From the IMG/VR virus record IMGVR_UViG_3300005253_002116, positions 1-57,309 of that record: a stretch of DNA of 57,309 nucleotides, one strand, 5' to 3'. The stretch comes from a virus. Taxonomy: Duplodnaviria; Caudoviricetes. Positions 28,121 to 38,407 of the stretch are shown piece by piece. Made by a program: the position numbers and the translations under genes. The notes below the pieces were generated by a model. The model saw only the letters and a list, made by a program, of their open reading frames with translations, did not search any database and was not told the origin of the DNA. Each line of letters starts with the position of its first letter. The first letter of the stretch is position 1.

Positions 28121-31100
28121 TTATCTCGAAGGAAGCTTCCTCTCTCCCTTCTCAACGCGTTTGTTATATTCCGCACGCACCTGTCTAGCCTTGGCAAAGT
28201 CTTCTCTGTCGATGAAATTCCTCATTCTCCTCAAAGCTGCTGAATAGCTATCGCGATACGTCGTGACGCTGATTCCGCCTAACTCTGAGGCTGCCACCGC
28301 CCCAATAATTCCCCAGTCTTCATCGGAAGCGTCTTCAATTCCTTGAATTATTAGTGGAGTTATGACGTGTCTGAGTGTTGTTAGTCTCGGTATTTCTTCA
28401 CCAACAATTGTTTTTCCCCTGTAGATTTCAACCGGAAAGGTTACAGCAGGGGAAAATTTGTAAGTAAGGAAACGAAGAAAAGCTTCAATTGGGTCAATGT
28501 CAGATCCTTCTTCTGTAAACTGTTTCACACCCCCTATTATTATTCTGGCAACAAGTCGCAATGGCGAAAGGGAACCACCGAAAATCTTCCATCTTGTATT
28601 GCCAATTCGTATTGTCGCCCAATCTGCACTTTCAGTATCCCACCATTCAACCTCTGCACCAGCAAGCTGAGCCAGAAAAAGTATCAATCCTCCAGTTCCA
28701 GATACGCGAACCATATCAGCCGCAATTTGATTACGAACAGTTGGTGTCTTCCAATACTTTGCTAACGCCAGCGGAGTTTGAACACGGCTAATTGCAAATC
28801 TAGGAGAAAAGAAAGTCTCTCCAAGTGCCTCGGAATACTTAGAGTCTATTACGCCTAGCCCAGTTGATTTGTTAATATAATCTGCTATCGCTATCATTTC
28901 GGCCTTCGTGGCTTCTGGATTTTTTTCTATCCAATAATCAAAAGCACTTGTACGCATTAAATTGCCAATGGCTACACTTTGCCTTGAAGATGCAGACATT
29001 ATGACACCAAGAAGAGTTTGCCTACCGCCTATTTTCGGGAGGAATTTAGGAAACTTCAGATTCTCAATAAAATGACCTCGGAAAACTTCGGAAGTGTTTT
29101 GATCTGCCTGTGAACCGGGGTCCATAATTACCAATCCCGCGATCTCATGAAGCTCTGCATTCTCGGAATTCCTAATTCCATTGATGATTTGTTCAGAACT
29201 ATACTTGGTGAATAATGTCTTCATTGATTTGGCAATGATTTTTATAGTACCAACTGTCCTCCGTGGATTTGCAAGACCAGAGAAAACAGGCCAAAGGTTT
29301 TGCCTTAACGTAAAAGAGACATCTGCCGTAGCCGCAATTGCCTTCATTTCAGCGGTAACTGCCTTAATTTTCCTCTTAGTATCCCACGGCCGAGCATCCT
29401 CAATAATTTGACGCATCTTTGCCCGTTGCTTTGAGAGTTCGATCTGGGCCTTTTCGAGACTCTGAGAAATTAGCCTCTTGGCCTTCGGCAGTTTACTCCG
29501 ATATTCCCCAGTGAGCAGTTGGTTTTCTACATCAGCCAACTCTTCTCTGACTCTCAATTCGCTACGAAGGTCTCTGGCCTTCTGGTGATATTCTTGTAGT
29601 TTTTCAGAAACTTCTCTTGGCTTCTTTTTGATGTCTTTTTTGCCAGTATCAAGTAGATCCTGGAGGCGGTTAATTGTATCTATTGCACGTTCTTTCTTGG
29701 CAACTTCTAATCCCGGTCTGAGAATTTCTTTCCTGAGTTCAGTATAGAGCTTCTGGAGGTCTTTGATTTCTTTGCTGGTTGGGGTACGCTTTTTAGCTTC
29801 AGGCAGAATACCTTTTTGGGCATTATCTATTTTAACGAGAAGACTGGAAATTGTCTTCAAATGGCGAACATTTTTCTTTGCATCATTCTCAGCAATCTTC
29901 TTACGTTTCGGATCTTGCGTAATAATGGCCCGAGCAACATCTATATCAGTTAAATCGAAATCAGGAAAATCTTTCCGAAGAGATTCCACAACTTCAACAA
30001 ACTCGCCAATACCCTCTTTTGCATAAGTAAGACCAACGCGACCAATCAAGAAGAACATTTCAGGTGAGAAGCTCCCGCTTTCTTCCCTGAGAAAGCCAAT
30101 GTTATTCTCCCCGGCCTCTTGAAGTTTTCTGATTTTCTCAAAAAGACCGGCCCTTTCTATTCTGGCCTTTTCTTTGATTGTTTTGCCAGCACCAGAAGTC
30201 CTTCTTTTCTCGGCAGCTAGAATTTTTCTGGCCTGGGCGAGATCCATCCTTTTATTCCGAATTTCATCCTTCTGAAATTCCTCTTGGACATCTTTTTCAA
30301 AGCCGGTATGTTTCTTCGTTTCGTTGGCAACTGTTTCGCGGTCGTCAGAATCGAGTTCTTCGTTCTTTGCGTTCCGCAAATCAGCAGTGAATCCACTTAC
30401 TTCAAATTTATTCCTGTTGATAGCAAAGCGGCGAATAGCCATTGACTGAGCAGCCGCCCTTCCACCAAAATTGTCAGCAATCAGAATTTGCTCAATTTCT
30501 TTTACTCTACGCAATTCTCGTATTCTTGCCCTATTATAAGCCTTCGTGTTACCTGCATTTTCTGCTACATTTTGCTGTTCCTGAAATTCTTTGATTTCTA
30601 TTTCACGTTCATATTTTGCAACAGCAAAGGTTATGTGGTCATAATCACTTATCAATCGTCCTTCTTTTACAACTTCGTCCGCCAATTCCATGACGTCTTT
30701 GGTCGCATTTTCGCGGAGAACTGCTCCAGTAACCTCATTCCAGTGTCTGGGATTTTTATCCTTTATTGGAGATAAGTCCCTCTCTTGTAGCCATTTCTCA
30801 CCAACCGCGTTGTTGAGATCGAGGTTTTGAGCCTGAGTCTCTATCTGAGGTGCCTCTTGGACTGCCCCAGGAGCCTCAGGAGCGGCTTCAGGCTGTTGTG
30901 GGACTTCTGGGGCCTGGGGCTGTTCGGCAGGCTCCTGGACTGGCGCAGGAGACTCAGGAGCCTGCGGAGCTTGCTGTTGAATTTTCTCCTTCTCTTGATC
31001 CTCAAGTTTTTGACCCTCTGACTCATTTACATCAAGAAATGCAGCACGTTCTTCTTGCGTTTTTCTATCTTTAGGAAGATTCCATCTTTTCCACATTCCA

Positions 31101-32491
31101 TCTGTAATTTCGTCTCCTTCTCGAATCTCCGCTTGTTCATCGAGATTCATTTCATTGACGATTTCTTTTGCGAGCTTTAAGCGATCTTCATCTTTATATT
31201 TTCTTGGAAAACCAATCTTCTCCCACTGTTTAGCTGTACCTCTGGAGGGAATTTTGTTTTCCCTGGCATGTTTACGCATATCCCCCTCTGCGCTATAATC
31301 TTTGTCAATTTTAATGCCCTTCGAGATAGGACCAGCACCGCCAATAATAGCAACCGGAAGTGCGGAAGATTTTATATCATCAACAAAAGATTGCCAAATG
31401 TTCTTCGGATCTCGGGGGTCCATGTTGTCGCTTAGAACAGATGCCGCTTGCTTGACAGCTTCATCCCATGCTCCCTGGGCACCTTCCTCTAAGGTTTCAC
31501 CGACTACATTAAATAGATATTCAGAAGCACCCTTGAGGGTTGCTTTTGTTTTAGGTAATTTTGCAAGAGCCGAAGCACCTTTCTTAATAGTAGGACCGGC
31601 TAGCTTTTGGGCCCACTCAATGACTGCTAAGCGTGCAGCCTTTCCGAGCGGTCCAAGTGCCTTCTTGGTCACTCCTGTGGGATCTCGGACACCTAACACT
31701 TCAATAGCTGCTGTTCCTATTCCAGCGGCTCCCCCGGCAAGTGCAGCCGGAAGAGGATCAAGACCGAGCAATTGCATTTCTTCGACTGATCTTGGAGATG
31801 TACGCATTGCCTCGTAGGCAAACAATGCTGGACCGCCACCAAGTCCTGCCGTAGCTACTCCAAATGCAACGCCGGGGGTCATCCTTAGTGCAGTAGAAAT
31901 TCCCTTTGCAAGCGTGCTGGAATCCTTTGACATAAAGGGATTTTCGGAAAGTTTCGCTGCTTCCAGAGCTCGCATAAAGCGAACATCCTCTAAGTTTTTT
32001 CTTTTACCACCCAATGCCTCTATTCCACCAAAAATTCTTCCCGGACCAACAAAACTACGACCCAAGTCAGTGGCACCTTCTAAAAGGGAACCAGTACCCT
32101 CAAGGGTTTTTCCAGCAAACCATTGCCAGTAATTGGCGTCTTTTTGCTGTTGCCGACGATACAGTTCCTGTTTCTTGGAAACATCTTGTACTTGCTCAGC
32201 CAAAAAAGCACGTTCTTCCGTATCAGTAATATCCTCGGCGGCTTTTTCGGCAAATCTCCTGCGATATTCAGTGAATGTGTGAGTAAGACCCCGGACATAT
32301 TGTTTGAAGATTTTGTCCTTGCGTTCCTTAGAGATCAACTCCTTCTGCTGCTCAACGGGAGCAAAGAATTCTTGACCTGGAAATGTTTGGGACGATTCAA
32401 CCGGAGCAAAGAATTCTTGACCAGGGAACGCAGTCGCAACTGGCGGAGACTGCTCTTCGGACATTTGTAGAAATGGATCTAGTTCAGGCAT
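28121..32491 (-). CDS. large internal virion/DNA-ejection protein
   Basis: 1456 aa, helical, Gly/Ala hydrophobic stretches; last of three ORFs after the tail genes, as in podoviruses. Confidence 0.65.
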   Translation of the reverse strand: MPELDPFLQMSEEQSPPVATAFPGQEFFAPVESSQTFPGQEFFAPVEQQKELISKERKDKIFKQYVRGLTHTFTEYRRRFAEKAAEDITDTEERAFLAEQVQDVSKKQELYRRQQQKDANYWQWFAGKTLEGTGSLLEGATDLGRSFVGPGRIFGGIEALGGKRKNLEDVRFMRALEAAKLSENPFMSKDSSTLAKGISTALRMTPGVAFGVATAGLGGGPALFAYEAMRTSPRSVEEMQLLGLDPLPAALAGGAAGIGTAAIEVLGVRDPTGVTKKALGPLGKAARLAVIEWAQKLAGPTIKKGASALAKLPKTKATLKGASEYLFNVVGETLEEGAQGAWDEAVKQAASVLSDNMDPRDPKNIWQSFVDDIKSSALPVAIIGGAGPISKGIKIDKDYSAEGDMRKHARENKIPSRGTAKQWEKIGFPRKYKDEDRLKLAKEIVNEMNLDEQAEIREGDEITDGMWKRWNLPKDRKTQEERAAFLDVNESEGQKLEDQEKEKIQQQAPQAPESPAPVQEPAEQPQAPEVPQQPEAAPEAPGAVQEAPQIETQAQNLDLNNAVGEKWLQERDLSPIKDKNPRHWNEVTGAVLRENATKDVMELADEVVKEGRLISDYDHITFAVAKYEREIEIKEFQEQQNVAENAGNTKAYNRARIRELRRVKEIEQILIADNFGGRAAAQSMAIRRFAINRNKFEVSGFTADLRNAKNEELDSDDRETVANETKKHTGFEKDVQEEFQKDEIRNKRMDLAQARKILAAEKRRTSGAGKTIKEKARIERAGLFEKIRKLQEAGENNIGFLREESGSFSPEMFFLIGRVGLTYAKEGIGEFVEVVESLRKDFPDFDLTDIDVARAIITQDPKRKKIAENDAKKNVRHLKTISSLLVKIDNAQKGILPEAKKRTPTSKEIKDLQKLYTELRKEILRPGLEVAKKERAIDTINRLQDLLDTGKKDIKKKPREVSEKLQEYHQKARDLRSELRVREELADVENQLLTGEYRSKLPKAKRLISQSLEKAQIELSKQRAKMRQIIEDARPWDTKRKIKAVTAEMKAIAATADVSFTLRQNLWPVFSGLANPRRTVGTIKIIAKSMKTLFTKYSSEQIINGIRNSENAELHEIAGLVIMDPGSQADQNTSEVFRGHFIENLKFPKFLPKIGGRQTLLGVIMSASSRQSVAIGNLMRTSAFDYWIEKNPEATKAEMIAIADYINKSTGLGVIDSKYSEALGETFFSPRFAISRVQTPLALAKYWKTPTVRNQIAADMVRVSGTGGLILFLAQLAGAEVEWWDTESADWATIRIGNTRWKIFGGSLSPLRLVARIIIGGVKQFTEEGSDIDPIEAFLRFLTYKFSPAVTFPVEIYRGKTIVGEEIPRLTTLRHVITPLIIQGIEDASDEDWGIIGAVAASELGGISVTTYRDSYSAALRRMRNFIDREDFAKARQVRAEYNKRVEKGERKLPSR

Positions 32492-32492
32492 A

Positions 32493-33701
32493 TTATTGTC
32501 CTGAAAGTTCTGAAACTGATGGATTCTGTTCTCTAAAACGCCTTAGGATTTCTTCTGCTTTTGCAACTTCTAGTTTCAATTTCGGACTCCATTGACTCTT
32601 GTCTTTGTACTCTCTTTTCCAAAATCTTAAACTAACCATAGCAATGCCAACTTCATCTGGCAATCTCTTATCCGATTCACGAATTGGCATGTTCTTCATC
32701 AAAGGATTTTCATACCATGGACCCTCGAAAGCCGCTCCAGTAGCCGCTTGCTGAGGTGGAGCTTCTTGAGCTACAGGAGCCTCTTGAGGCGGAGTTTCAA
32801 GTCCACCATGAAGTAACTCCATTGCTTGCTTTGCTTTTTTATAAGCACCAAGAGGAGATTGAACACGAAATTCTTCTTTTCCGGTAACTGGATCTTCACC
32901 AGAGGGAATTTTTTCACTCAGGAAGTGCTTATAGAAATCCTTGAATTGCGTCTCTTGTTTTTCGCGTTGTTCCTGTTGTGCCTTGAGTTGCTCCTGTTGT
33001 GCTTTGAATTGCACACCTTCCCTGGTATACTCAAAGCGAATATGTTTTCCGTCAATGAATATCTCGTCTCCAACTTTTCCGGCAGTTCCAGGTTGAAGAC
33101 CTGGAGGAAGTTCTGGTTTAGTTTCAGGAATACTAACAGTTCTAACACCAGCTGCCATGGCTTGTCCTCTCTGAAGTGCTTGTCTTCGCATTTCAGGTGA
33201 CGCATCATTTGTCATGTCATTGGCCCATTCAATCAACCTATTTCCCTGAGTTATGGTTCTTTTTCCCTCTTCGGAATATATCTGCTTTCTTTGGCTCGCC
33301 TTCTGCTTCGCCTGCTCTTCTAACATCTGGATTTGACGATCATAAGCCTGTTCCCCTAATTCTTGCTGAAGCCCCGCTTGAACAGCCATGCGTTTGAAAG
33401 CCTGCTCGGAAGCTTGCATTTCCCGCTGTGCTCGACCTCTGATTTGCTGCTGAGTACTGGAACGCTGTGCAGAAAGTGCAGCGGCCTGTCGGTTGCTGGC
33501 AGCACGTTGAGCATTGGCAGAGATTGCGGCCTGAGCCTGGGACCGCATGGCAATGCCCTTTTGCTGCCCGGCAATTTGCTGAGCAAGCAATCTGGCCTTT
33601 GCTGCTTCGGCCCTATCGGTTACGGCCTGACGACCCTGCCCGCCAAGCAACCCGGCGAGGCCAGCCAAGCCGGGGGACGCATATTCTACTCTAATAGGCA
33701 T
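32493..33701 (-). CDS. internal virion/ejection protein
   Basis: Gln/Ala-rich coiled coil; synteny. Confidence 0.6.
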   Translation of the reverse strand: MPIRVEYASPGLAGLAGLLGGQGRQAVTDRAEAAKARLLAQQIAGQQKGIAMRSQAQAAISANAQRAASNRQAAALSAQRSSTQQQIRGRAQREMQASEQAFKRMAVQAGLQQELGEQAYDRQIQMLEEQAKQKASQRKQIYSEEGKRTITQGNRLIEWANDMTNDASPEMRRQALQRGQAMAAGVRTVSIPETKPELPPGLQPGTAGKVGDEIFIDGKHIRFEYTREGVQFKAQQEQLKAQQEQREKQETQFKDFYKHFLSEKIPSGEDPVTGKEEFRVQSPLGAYKKAKQAMELLHGGLETPPQEAPVAQEAPPQQAATGAAFEGPWYENPLMKNMPIRESDKRLPDEVGIAMVSLRFWKREYKDKSQWSPKLKLEVAKAEEILRRFREQNPSVSELSGQ

Positions 33702-33711
33702 TTTCTAAATC

Positions 33712-34968
33712 CTAAAGAATTCCAAATTGACCACCAGTTTTACGCTGTGCTGGAGGCTTCGGACCATAAGCACCAGTTTGCTCATTGAAGCCACCGCCAC
33801 CAAAGCCTAGAGACGGGCTTGAATTAACACCTAAAGTCCCGCCAGGAGCCACCCCCGCCAACGGTTGAACGGCTTGCGGATTAGGCTGAAACGCAGAAGC
33901 TGAACTTTGGTCAATATTCGCCAGAGAATTAAAGAGAGCTTCCATGCCTTTGCTGCCATAACCCTCACCTAGACTTCCAAGTGCTGATCGCAATGCTGCA
34001 GGATCAGGGAAAGCATCCGTTCTTCGTTCAATGATACCAAGTTTCGTACCTTGCATTGTATCCGCAAGACGATTTAGGGCTTCACTTTCCCTTCGTTTAG
34101 AGCCGACAGTTAGGGTGGGAGAAACTGTCGTGTTGGACAACCCGGTTCTCGCAAGGCCCTGTTCAAGATCAGACCGTTCCTCTATGCCACGCGATCTAAT
34201 GTCGGCCGCCCGTTGCCCTGTGGTCTCGTCAGTAATCCCCAATAGTTGTTGATAGCGTGCCTCATTGGCACCCCTTGCTTCACCAAAAGCCTTATTGTAA
34301 GATTCAACGAGCCGGCCGATTCCGGACTGCATACCGGGCGTTATTGGCGGTGAGGTTCTGGTAGTGCCCCCTCCCCCAGTTTCTTGTCCCCCGCCAAGAG
34401 GGTAACTACTCCCTCCACCGCTACTAACGTCGTCCCAATCATCGTCCGGAGGTAAACCCTGGAAACCACCACCGCCACCACTACCCCCGCCGCTGCCACC
34501 GCCGCCGCCTCTGGCACCCCCGCCGCCGAGACCACCAGAGTCTCCGTAGAGGCCCCGACCAGGGGCTCCACCTGGAGCATCTGGGTTAAAAGCGGGTCCA
34601 CCATATCCGCTACTTTTTCCAGGGCCGTAATCCGAACCTTCACCAGAAGCGGGTTCACCATCTGCCATGGTACCTGCAGGTGGCGGCCCCTTCATTCCAT
34701 TTTCTTTCCATTCTTGAAAAGCCTCATTCTCTGCTTCCCATTGTTCTATACTTTTCGATGTACCGTCAGGATTTATAGTTGAAGGTGCACTAACGCGAGT
34801 TCCTGCTTCAAGTGAACCTTCCTTTCTAGCATCTTGAGGATCAAGTGCCTCTTCTACATCTCCTGGATAAGGATCAGCTCCAAGATCGCCTGGAAGAGGA
34901 CCTCTACCACCGCCCTCAGTAACGAAAGGATTCTTAATCCTTTTCCCGCCACTTGGAATACGTGCCAT
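33712..34968 (-). CDS. Gly/Pro-rich internal virion protein
   Basis: Low-complexity N-half, helical core; synteny. Confidence 0.55.
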   Translation of the reverse strand: MARIPSGGKRIKNPFVTEGGGRGPLPGDLGADPYPGDVEEALDPQDARKEGSLEAGTRVSAPSTINPDGTSKSIEQWEAENEAFQEWKENGMKGPPPAGTMADGEPASGEGSDYGPGKSSGYGGPAFNPDAPGGAPGRGLYGDSGGLGGGGARGGGGGSGGGSGGGGGFQGLPPDDDWDDVSSGGGSSYPLGGGQETGGGGTTRTSPPITPGMQSGIGRLVESYNKAFGEARGANEARYQQLLGITDETTGQRAADIRSRGIEERSDLEQGLARTGLSNTTVSPTLTVGSKRRESEALNRLADTMQGTKLGIIERRTDAFPDPAALRSALGSLGEGYGSKGMEALFNSLANIDQSSASAFQPNPQAVQPLAGVAPGGTLGVNSSPSLGFGGGGFNEQTGAYGPKPPAQRKTGGQFGIL

Positions 34969-34982
34969 TTCTTATTCTCCTA

Positions 34983-36260
34983 TTAAAGTTGCCAGATTAC
35001 GCGAGTAATTGTAGTTTCTTGTATTTTAAGTTGCCCTACGGCGGATGTTTGTACGTAAGTGCCAGTTTGCGTATCAGTTGCCAATTCGGTTCCTTCAACG
35101 ATATCCGTAACAGTCCCCGTATGCGTTACATCATTAGTACCAGTAGATGTCCTTGCTAAGATAATTTCTCCTCTGAACTCGTAATACATCAAGGGATCTT
35201 GTGCATCAACCTTCATATTGAGAGTACCAGTTACGGCGTCAATATAATAGTTAGGTCCACCACCAATTGCAGTAGAAGAAGAACTCAGAGTAAAAGTTAT
35301 GTCGCTCGGATCATTCTCTGGATTTGTTTCAGTAATAACACCCTGTTCAACTGTTTCAACTTGACGAAGTTGCCGTATGTACTTCCTGAAGAAATAATGG
35401 ACTGAATCATCCGATCTTTTTCTGATCGTCATGTCGCAGCGAAATTCCCACTGATAATCTCCACTTCCCCACCAAACATCATCAAGATCAATATCATATT
35501 GATACTCTGCACTCGGCCATCCTGGAATGGTGATATTCGCAGTGTCGTTGACTGCCAGACCCTCAATGGTTCCTGCCCCGGTAACAACCATCGTGCGGTT
35601 TGAACCAGTTGTCGAGAGGTCAAATTCAAGCGAAGACGACGCTTGCCAATACGTCCCGCTATTAGCCGCGTCATCCGTGGCAGTGGCTGTGTATCCTCCA
35701 CTACTACCCACCCGTAGGTTCACTGGGTTCCCGCCAATGGTCGCACTCCAGGTGATCGTCTTATTGGACGGCTCCGCAGTCTTGTCTGTTCCATCTGCCC
35801 GGAACGACGCCACACAAGCCGCCGCAGCATTCGTGAGCACTTGAGCCGGCCCCGTGACCACGAGCGAGTAATCCGGAACGGTTGTCGTTCTGTAGTCCGT
35901 GACGGTAATACCACCAATTGTCGCTGAGCAAACCACGGTTAAGGTCTGATCGGCTGCCGCCCCAATGTCCTCGAACTCAAGAGCTACTGACGATTGCCAA
36001 TATGCTCCACTGTCAGCCGCCTCCGACGTAACGCTAGCTCCATAGCTGCCAACCCCGTCGATACGCAAGTTGACAGCTGAGCCGGCAATGGAAGCTGTCC
36101 AGGTAAGAGTGGTATCGGCCGGCTCAACTGTTCTGCTTGTGCCATTTAGTCTAAAGGAACCGATAACCGCTACGGCGTCACCCGCGAGAAGCGAAGTTCC
36201 CGTCAGAGTTAAAACGAGCGAGTAGTTAAGACCCGCTTTTGCTACGTATGCACCTGCCAT
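34983..36260 (-). CDS. virion protein with two tandem beta-rich repeats
   Basis: SFR..GT..T.EP....TW.A.I.G..VNLR..SG.YWQ..LEF occurs twice. Confidence 0.6.
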   Translation of the reverse strand: MAGAYVAKAGLNYSLVLTLTGTSLLAGDAVAVIGSFRLNGTSRTVEPADTTLTWTASIAGSAVNLRIDGVGSYGASVTSEAADSGAYWQSSVALEFEDIGAAADQTLTVVCSATIGGITVTDYRTTTVPDYSLVVTGPAQVLTNAAAACVASFRADGTDKTAEPSNKTITWSATIGGNPVNLRVGSSGGYTATATDDAANSGTYWQASSSLEFDLSTTGSNRTMVVTGAGTIEGLAVNDTANITIPGWPSAEYQYDIDLDDVWWGSGDYQWEFRCDMTIRKRSDDSVHYFFRKYIRQLRQVETVEQGVITETNPENDPSDITFTLSSSSTAIGGGPNYYIDAVTGTLNMKVDAQDPLMYYEFRGEIILARTSTGTNDVTHTGTVTDIVEGTELATDTQTGTYVQTSAVGQLKIQETTITRVIWQL

Positions 36261-38407
36261 TAGTCACCAATCCTAAAAGCATCAAGACTGATAGCAGCAA
36301 CAGTCAGATTAGTTATTCCAACAAGATTTGCTACGTATACTGCAATTTTTTCGCTATCTAAAACGTCATGGATACCAGTTGCGGAAATGGCACCGATTGA
36401 GGCACCCCTAACTTCCCTATGAACAATCATGTTGCCGGGATATTTAATTGTCACGTCCCCAGTGGGGGAACCAGCATCATAATCACCATTCCCCGTTGTT
36501 GCTGAACCGTCAAGAGCTACAATTACAAAAGTGTTGTCAGCTTTGCTGTCGACGATAAAAGAGCCATTGGCGGCGGTGTTACCTAGCACATCAACGATCT
36601 CTACCATATCGCCATTTTCTAAGCCGTGGGCAGTGCTCGTTATGACAATTGGAGTTATGGTGTTATCTGTGACATCTGTTATATCTAATGCAGTGGCAAG
36701 AGTAATTCCCATACAAACAATCATTTCCTTATCTGCTCCGCCAGTGGCAGTTATGGAAGCATGAAATGAAATTTCATATTCTCCTCCAGCATTAGACGAA
36801 AGAGTTAAATTATTTGTAGAAACAGATCCAATTACATGAGATAAATCGTCTTCTTTGCCTACCACCGTAAAAGAATCAATGATTGTTAGGGCGTTCTGTG
36901 TTGAGATTGTTACTTCAACTGTGCTTGCACCATGGAACCATATATTCGAGAAAGCATCACCGTGAAGCAGATGCTCCGCACCGGCACCATCCTGAAAATA
37001 TATGGTATTTGTGTTTTTGGTATAGATTGCAGCAGAACCAGTTATCGCAGAGGGAGTTGTCGTCTCAGTTAAGTATAAAACCCCCCTCGTCAAGTGAACA
37101 TGATCGGCAAAATCAAACCTGTCTTCATCCTCCATCCAAGTGATAACGCCGTTGCTGTTTTCTCCGTCAAAGGTAAGAGTGTAGTCCACGCCGGCAGTAC
37201 CGAGTCCAATGGTGACACTACCGGCAGTAATCATGTTGCCATTATGTTCCAAGGTAAGAGGAGTTAAAGTTGCAGCCCCAGCATCATTGACTGTCCTGAT
37301 GAGGAATTCGGTTCCAGTTGTTATAACAAGCCATAATTTTTTGTCATTTGCAACATTGTAGGAATTAAACCAGAGTCCAGGAGAATCAGTACGGAGAATC
37401 ATTGGACCAATTGTAGAATAAGTTGTAGGATTTATCCCAGATGCCGTAGTAGAATAAAAAAGAACAGTCCCACTTGACCTTATTGACATTCTTTTTTTTA
37501 TGTTGTCATCCGTATCAGGACTTGTGGAAAAATCTATTCGCATCGGGACAACATCAGTGCTTACGGTGCCATCTACGAATGCTTGAACTTTTGCTGTGTG
37601 CCCCCTAACGGCAGTTCCATCGTGTGCCTGGAAAAAGAAGCCACCAACTATATCATCATCTACACAAGTACTAGGAGATTCAATTGTCCCCCTGGCTTTC
37701 CGAAAAATAACACCCGCTGCTCTAGTGGTAGGTTGAGAAGTTCTAGCAACAGCTAAAGAAACAACAAAAGCATCATCCCCTGTCATTGTGAAGGCATCTT
37801 CCAAGCCGTAGGGATTTGCCATTTCCGAATTAAATGTGCCAGTGTCAAGGGCAATGTGTAAAACCGCTTGCGGACCAGAGGCTCCGACATTGATACCAAC
37901 TTTTCCAGTGGCATCAATAGCCAGACTCGCATCTGGAGTTCCGTCGCTGGCTGATAACTCTGAGTGACGGTGCAGTGTATTAACTATGCTATTGTCAGTG
38001 AGCGAAGTAAGATTTGCTCCTGTAGCTGTTGTATCATGTGAAACGATCGTCCCAGCTATGAGGTTGTCATGCGTCAGGGCAGCTTCAAAGTTCGCGAAAG
38101 TTGTTTTCTTATTCGTGGCTGTCGCAGTAATATCCCAGAAAGGAACAAAGTCGCCAGCGACAATAGTGGCAACTGAAAGACTATTGATATCGAGATCAAA
38201 GGTGCGGTCCGCAGAGATATCCCCGCCACCGGCCAACCCGCTGCCAGCCGTCAACGTAACAGGGTCGATCCACACCGGATATAAGTTTGCCCCTTGTCCT
38301 ATGAGATATTGCCCAAGAGTCCCATCTGTAAGGATACCGACACTGGCTTCCAACCGTTGAAAGGCGAATCGAACTTCAGTCGAACTGTGAGGTATCCTGT
38401 TTCCCAT
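36260..38407 (-). CDS. tail fibre/spike protein
   Basis: LTAGSGLAGGG.ISADRT, TLHRHS, GKVGIN fibre motifs; C-terminal ITSTAHGLENGD.V.I beta domain. Confidence 0.75.
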   Translation of the reverse strand: MGNRIPHSSTEVRFAFQRLEASVGILTDGTLGQYLIGQGANLYPVWIDPVTLTAGSGLAGGGDISADRTFDLDINSLSVATIVAGDFVPFWDITATATNKKTTFANFEAALTHDNLIAGTIVSHDTTATGANLTSLTDNSIVNTLHRHSELSASDGTPDASLAIDATGKVGINVGASGPQAVLHIALDTGTFNSEMANPYGLEDAFTMTGDDAFVVSLAVARTSQPTTRAAGVIFRKARGTIESPSTCVDDDIVGGFFFQAHDGTAVRGHTAKVQAFVDGTVSTDVVPMRIDFSTSPDTDDNIKKRMSIRSSGTVLFYSTTASGINPTTYSTIGPMILRTDSPGLWFNSYNVANDKKLWLVITTGTEFLIRTVNDAGAATLTPLTLEHNGNMITAGSVTIGLGTAGVDYTLTFDGENSNGVITWMEDEDRFDFADHVHLTRGVLYLTETTTPSAITGSAAIYTKNTNTIYFQDGAGAEHLLHGDAFSNIWFHGASTVEVTISTQNALTIIDSFTVVGKEDDLSHVIGSVSTNNLTLSSNAGGEYEISFHASITATGGADKEMIVCMGITLATALDITDVTDNTITPIVITSTAHGLENGDMVEIVDVLGNTAANGSFIVDSKADNTFVIVALDGSATTGNGDYDAGSPTGDVTIKYPGNMIVHREVRGASIGAISATGIHDVLDSEKIAVYVANLVGITNLTVAAISLDAFRIGD